The notes beneath the pieces were generated by a model. The model saw only the letters and a list, made by a program, of their open reading frames with translations. It was not told where the DNA came from and did no database searches. This document shows positions 8,509 through 12,938 of a stretch of DNA of 12,938 nucleotides, in pieces. The position numbers and the translations under genes were made by a program. Position 1 is the first letter of the stretch; each line of letters opens with the position of its first letter. Origin of the DNA: Octopus sinensis (taxonomy: Eukaryota); NCBI RefSeq assembly GCF_006345805.1, contig NW_021826461.1:1-12938 (forward strand). The letters run 5' to 3'.

Positions 8509-9440
8509 GGATTGTCAAGTTTGTTGAGCCGATATTCACCAGATGTAAAGTCAAACTAGAATTTAATAACAAGTAAATTCGAGATGTACGCATCGAGAAA
8601 GGAATCTTGGAATTGGACTGTTTGTCCCCTATGCTATTTGTCCTTGTATTAGACCCTTTGAGTCGTTTATTATCTCATAACTTCGGAAAAATCTCTATAG
8701 GGGGACGTTTTTTTTAACAAATCACTATCTTTTCATCAATTATGTTGAAACTTTTCTCGAAAAGTGAGGATTTTTTTGTTAGAATGGTGGAAGAGGTGAA
8801 TTGGCATTTGCGTGCAGCTGACTTTGAGAAAAATCTGAAAAAGTCAGCTACGAATGCCGCATTGCTATCAACGTAAGCAAAAGTTTTTGAATAAATTGGT
8901 GGATATAAGTACTTTAGAGTTTAACTGAGAAAATTCAAAAAATTGGACATGCTGAAAATAATTCTCAGAAAATTAATCACGAGAATTGAAAAATTAACAT
9001 GTAGAAAACTGAATGGAGTAAACATGTTCAATGCAATTAATGAACACGCTTTCTCACCGTACAGCTATTACATTGAACTAGTCGATATTGAGCCAATCGA
9101 ATATGAAATAGTGGACGATAGAATCCTGGCAAAATTAATAGAATACAAGATACCCTTTTGACCGGCGATTAAACAGAGATTATACCTCGCCCGTAACAAT
9201 TTTAGAAGATGATTGAATCCAATTTCTCTTCTAAGTGAACGTATGCTTCTTGGATTCCTTATGGACTGAAAAAAACCCAAGTGGTGTCTGTAAAAAAAGC
9301 TTCTCTATTCTTCAGACAAAATGCTGGAAAAAGCTATTGAAGAGCACTTGATTTACAAATATCTACTTGAAAAATCAGTTTTACTTAGCGAAAATTTGTG
9401 GTCTGTGTCTAGAAAAAGCACCCAATTACGCAAATTATTA
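8509..9440 (+). mobile_element. Decayed REL-type non-LTR RT, part right of the hAT insertion
   Basis: Continues the left part in frame (LSG-WIVKFVE). It then reads DVRIEKGILELDCLSPMLFVLVLDPLSRLL (motif B, from 8583), TNHYLFINY..KLF (decayed FIDD motif C), NLKKSATN, GYKYF, LNGVNMFNAINEHA and PAIKQRLYLAR. The right boundary is approximate. Confidence 0.85.
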
Positions 9441-9526
9441 GAATATTCAATTTTTCCCATTTTTTAGAACACCTAACAAATATTTTTTGAATAGTATCAA
9501 ACAAAGAATCTTAGTTAGAATCAAAA

Positions 9527-9737
9527 CAGTGACGATCTCCCCGGTGACCTTATCGTGGACCACAATATCGGGTCTGTTGTGCAGGACAACAATCGAGATG
9601 CGTATGGAGGTATCCACCTCAATGCACACCCGCGAGTTCTCACACACTGATTAAACTTGATGGGTTCGCAACTTTCTGCACCGCCTCAAGCCATACGTAT
9701 TGCAAAGCAAAAGATGGAGGGACCTCACCACCTCGGT
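9527..9737 (-). mobile_element. Restriction-like endonuclease fragment of an R4/NeSL-like non-LTR element, inverted relative to the adjacent RT
   Basis: The minus strand reads EVVRSLHLLLCNTYGLRRCRKLRTHQV*SVCENSRVCIEVDTSIRISIVVLHNRPDIVVHDK, matching the (RHN)EVVR.IH..HNRPDI..DK REL pattern. It is cut off before the IEV motif. Confidence 0.8.
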
Positions 9738-9928
9738 AATCATTTGAATATCTTCGCATGTCTTTAGACTGTTGAAATGGTTTCAAGAATCACAAGTTGA
9801 TATAAAATGGCGAATAACTTTTTAATTTATACAAATATATTTTTGGGAAATTAAATGGCACATCTTGGAAACTCCAGGATGTCCGATAGAATGTTCTGAG
9901 ACCTTAATTCACCAGTAATTTTATTATG

Positions 9929-10020
9929 GATATCCTTAAACATGCACCTGACTGGAAGGCAGTTTATTGATAAAATCTCTAGACGGAATGTATAACTTTT
10001 TCATCAAGAAGTTGAACTCT
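9929..10020 (+). mobile_element. Short relic of the N-terminal RT region of another REL-type element
   Basis: DILKHAPDWKA [interruption] LDGMYNFFIKKLNS, equivalent to the P.WKA.G.DG..NFFIKK motif also seen decayed at about 4570-4612. Confidence 0.65.
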
Positions 10021-10080
10021 GCATGCGTTTCTGTGTAAAAAGATAATCCGAATAATTAACGGAGAATAAATGCCTGATAG

Positions 10081-10500
10081 CTGGTTGACATTGAAAAGGC
10101 CTCCGACTCGGTGTGGCACGACGGTCTCCGGAGCTCCCTCGCCACGTATGGGTTTCTCCGTTTGTGGGTTTCTCCGTTTCTAAGACGCTGCGAGGACAGG
10201 GAGAAGTACGTTGACGCGTTCAAGAAAGTCAAAAGACGAGCCATCCGGCTAGCCCATGGCTTAGGAATGAAGACCTCTCGGAAACCCAGGAATTATCCTT
10301 CCCTGAGGTCCTAGAGAAGATAATGTCTGGGTGGCAGGTAAGGCGGTAAGTCGTGTTTAATGGGGTGCAAGGGAGGAGTCTGTCCTGATTTTGATGTTTT
10401 ATTAACGTTTTTTGCATGCAAAACTGGAGTCAAACGTTCCTAGACCTTAGTTTCTTTATAGGCTACTACAATGTATGCTAATGGCCTATCCATAAGGACC
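10081..10500 (+). mobile_element. Mosaic of APE-type (Jockey/I/CR1-like) non-LTR RT relics
   Basis: LVDIEKASDSVWHDGLRSSLATYGF..WVSPFL (the D.EKAFDSVWH.GL motif), fused to a post-RT segment KVKRRAIRLAHGL. Weaker VQGG..L..FIN and TMYANGLSI (decayed YADD) traces lie at about 10365-10495. Confidence 0.7.
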
Positions 10501-11039
10501 CTTCTAGAAGAGGCCTGGAATTATGCAGTTTATTGATAAAATCTCTTGAATACATAACAAATTCACTAAAATATTATAAATCAGTCAATTAACAAATTTG
10601 AAAAGCTGAACTTTCTGAATTTTAGATATTTCTAACTAAAAATGAGTCTTTATTTCCCGACAAAACACCCCCGAGATCTCCACTTGTGTGCAACCAATCG
10701 ACCTGATTTTTCCAGGACAACTGCCTCCCTTGATCGTCTATTATATTAATATGTTCAACCTCCTCTAAACCTTTTTAGTATCTCAACTAAGGAACTATGT
10801 ACGATCTAACTTAAGATGTCAGACTTACAATGAAATAAGAATTTATTCAAAAAATTTATTTTTTGTTAAATTTAGTTGATTTTATAATTTTTATATTTCT
10901 AAACCCTTGTAGATTTGAGTCTAATTTTTGTTTTGAACACAAAATATGTTTGAAAAATAAATTTTCATCAGATCACGATCAAAGAAAGTATTCGTATTAA
11001 AACTATTTTATTTATAAACCATTCCAAATAATGTAATTT

Positions 11040-11380
11040 CAACGTCCAAACAGAATGACTCGTTACTTTTCGTGGAGGGAAATCTGTTGTTTAGAATGTG
11101 TCATGCTTAGACTTTTTATCAAAATGACTTTTGCTTTCGTCAGTAACTGACTTCAAAAGGAATTGATGTACGTCCTTTCTTAAAAAATGTGGAAATCATC
11201 CCACTTGCGTTCGAGAAAAGAGCTGTTACTGGTGAGAAAGCAGAGGTATTTTTAAAGGAGGTCGAAAACATGACTTCTAAACGCACATTTGAGAGGAGGG
11301 TGACCCACGAGTGTACCAGAGAATCTCAGACACGAGCCCGAAAAGAAAAAAATTGGCTATTCGCGATTCTAAACTCATGA
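11040..11380 (+). mobile_element. CRE-like non-LTR retrotransposon 3' relic (REL endonuclease)
   Basis: QRPNRMT..RGGKSVV*NVSCLDFLS..EIIPLAFEKRAVTGEKAEVFLKEV corresponds to the KRPDG.T..GK.LVWD.T..D..P.A.ET.G..G..A..FL pattern of CRE-type REL domains, with stops and frameshifts. Confidence 0.62.
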
Positions 11381-11551
11381 AATTATATTTGATCGGAGTT
11401 AAATTATTAGCGATGGGTGTTGATTTATTATACTTTACATATCTGTAGTAAAAATAAGACAATAAAATTTTTTTATGAAATCAATGTTGGAATTGTATTT
11501 TTAAATCTAATTTACTTACTTTAGGCTCTAGAATCTATCCACTCCAAAAGC

Positions 11552-11715
11552 AGGCGTCCCGACAGGATGAATCATTGTAAATCTTCTTTTTAGACAAAGA
11601 GGACGAAATATCTGTGTATTCCGGACGCTTTTGAGTATGGTCCCTTGTCTTTGAAACCTCAGGAATCGTCGACAAGGCCATAACTCAACTCCTCACTGAC
11701 ATTAGTAGGAGAATC
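11552..11715 (+). mobile_element. Second, divergent CRE-like REL relic
   Basis: RRPDRM, then KRTKYLCIPDAFEYGP / LVFETSGIVDKAITQLLTDISRRI (the K..KY..F.P..ET.G pattern). The WD segment is deleted. Confidence 0.58.
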
Positions 11716-12659
11716 TTTATACATTAAAAATGAAATCATTTAAAAAGTTCCATTCAATTGAAGTTAAATTATTAATAAAACGTACACAAATTAACTTTTA
11801 AAATAACTTTTTCAGGAAATTCTACATATCTCCAATAAAATGCATATAAAATTTTTTTAATGTTTAATAACACATAAGAATCAACGTTGGAAAAAAGCAA
11901 CATAACAAAACATCGAGTGAAACTCGCTGATGAAATAATTGGATATTTTTATTTGTTTAAAAAAATTAATCTAATATTTGATTATTTATTATATGGCTGG
12001 ATTTCTGAAGAACTTTTAAAATAAAAGCTGAAAAATCTATGCTCTCGACCCACTCCTTTGCCAGCCTTGAACACCTCTTAACATCCGCCAATTTAGCGAT
12101 TGGTTTAATGTTGTCTTATTGATTTCCAGAGGATCCCTCTTGGATGACGAATCCGCCATGTGTCTCAAAATGGGTCACACTTGTTTTCCTCGTTTCAAGA
12201 AAAAAACTTTGCTAACCATTTGAGCTTTTGGAAATTTTCGATACAGTTAAATTTACTTTTATCTTTATGAATGAATTTAATTCTTGCCTGCTCATTATTC
12301 ACATCATTGTAAATCTTCCACGATTATTTAATTTCGTATGTCACAGTGTCCGGTTCCTTGATATTGTCCGGCCTGATTAATTTAATTTTATTTAAGAAAC
12401 AATCTATCAAACATGGCCATTTTTCAGAAAGAGTATTAACAAATACAGTTAAATGAATAAAATATGGTCCCACTTGTCTGATTTTTGTTCACGCAGTGAT
12501 CCAAATTGAATGTAAAATAACAGAACAATTTTGAAAAATTGCTTATTTTAAATTAGGCATTTCAATTTCCCTACAGTATTTCAAGTTACTCACTGTGTAG
12601 TTCATTCGTGCGTATTCACGAATGGGTCCCAATTCACAATATATTTAGATATTCTATAT

Positions 12660-12938
12660 CAGACGTCACCAAACTACGGCCCGCGGGCCGGATCCGGCCC
12701 GCGACAACATTTTATCCGGCCCGCGCACTATTTCGAGATATTCAATTAATACCTTAATAATTAACTTAAATAAAAACTTTAATTAAAAAATTAAACTATT
12801 TTGCAAGATTTAATTCGAAAAAAAACTTATCAGCATTAACGTTAAATTTTTCTTTGTTGCTATGTCTAATATGAAAAGAAAGGTTGACCGCGAATGCCGT
12901 GTATTCAATAAATTATGGGAATTGAAGTATTTTTTTGC
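12660..12938 (+). mobile_element. Left end of a second copy of the same hAT element, running off the window, without the pogo insertion
   Basis: Same TIR CAGACGTCACCAAACT at 12660-12675. It matches 4992-5233 plus 6583-6617 apart from one substitution and two 1-bp indels. It is preceded by TTCTATAT (12652-12659), which fits the nnnTAnnn Buster target preference. Confidence 0.96.
12862..12938 (+). CDS. 5' end of the uninterrupted hAT transposase (partial)
   Basis: ATG at 12862 gives MSNMKRKVDRECRVFNKLWELKYFF(A), open to the window edge. Confidence 0.9.
   Translation, partial: MSNMKRKVDRECRVFNKLWELKYFF

Noticed and set aside
12040-12630. Minus-strand coding-like traces (VNTLSEKWPCL..) and an 8-bp-stem hairpin at 12603-12624
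   Set aside because: Short, interrupted and unassignable. A single 8-bp stem is expected by chance.

Overview
Eukaryotic, transposon-rich window from a compact genome with ultra-short introns. A GC-richer island (about 1390-4450) holds three host genes that read through only after removing about 16 GT-AG introns of 20-27 nt: a Mn-type cation diffusion facilitator (+, lacking TM1-2), an apparently intact SEH1 nucleoporin (-) and a decayed LMBR1-like gene (+). The rest is a transposon graveyard. It includes the 3' end of a Merlin/IS1016-type element and a three-level nest: a pogo/Tigger element (5234-6580, TA TSD) inside a Buster/GTF2IRD2-type hAT (4992-8500, 8-bp TSD) inside a decayed REL-type non-LTR reverse transcriptase. 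Several more retrotransposon relics follow, and a second hAT copy starting at 12660 shows the empty pogo site. All protein family calls are by-eye motif recognition, not database searches. I see no clearly new molecular machine. The strongest leads are the micro-intron architecture, the fully resolvable nest and several deletion-plus-templated-insertion scars.
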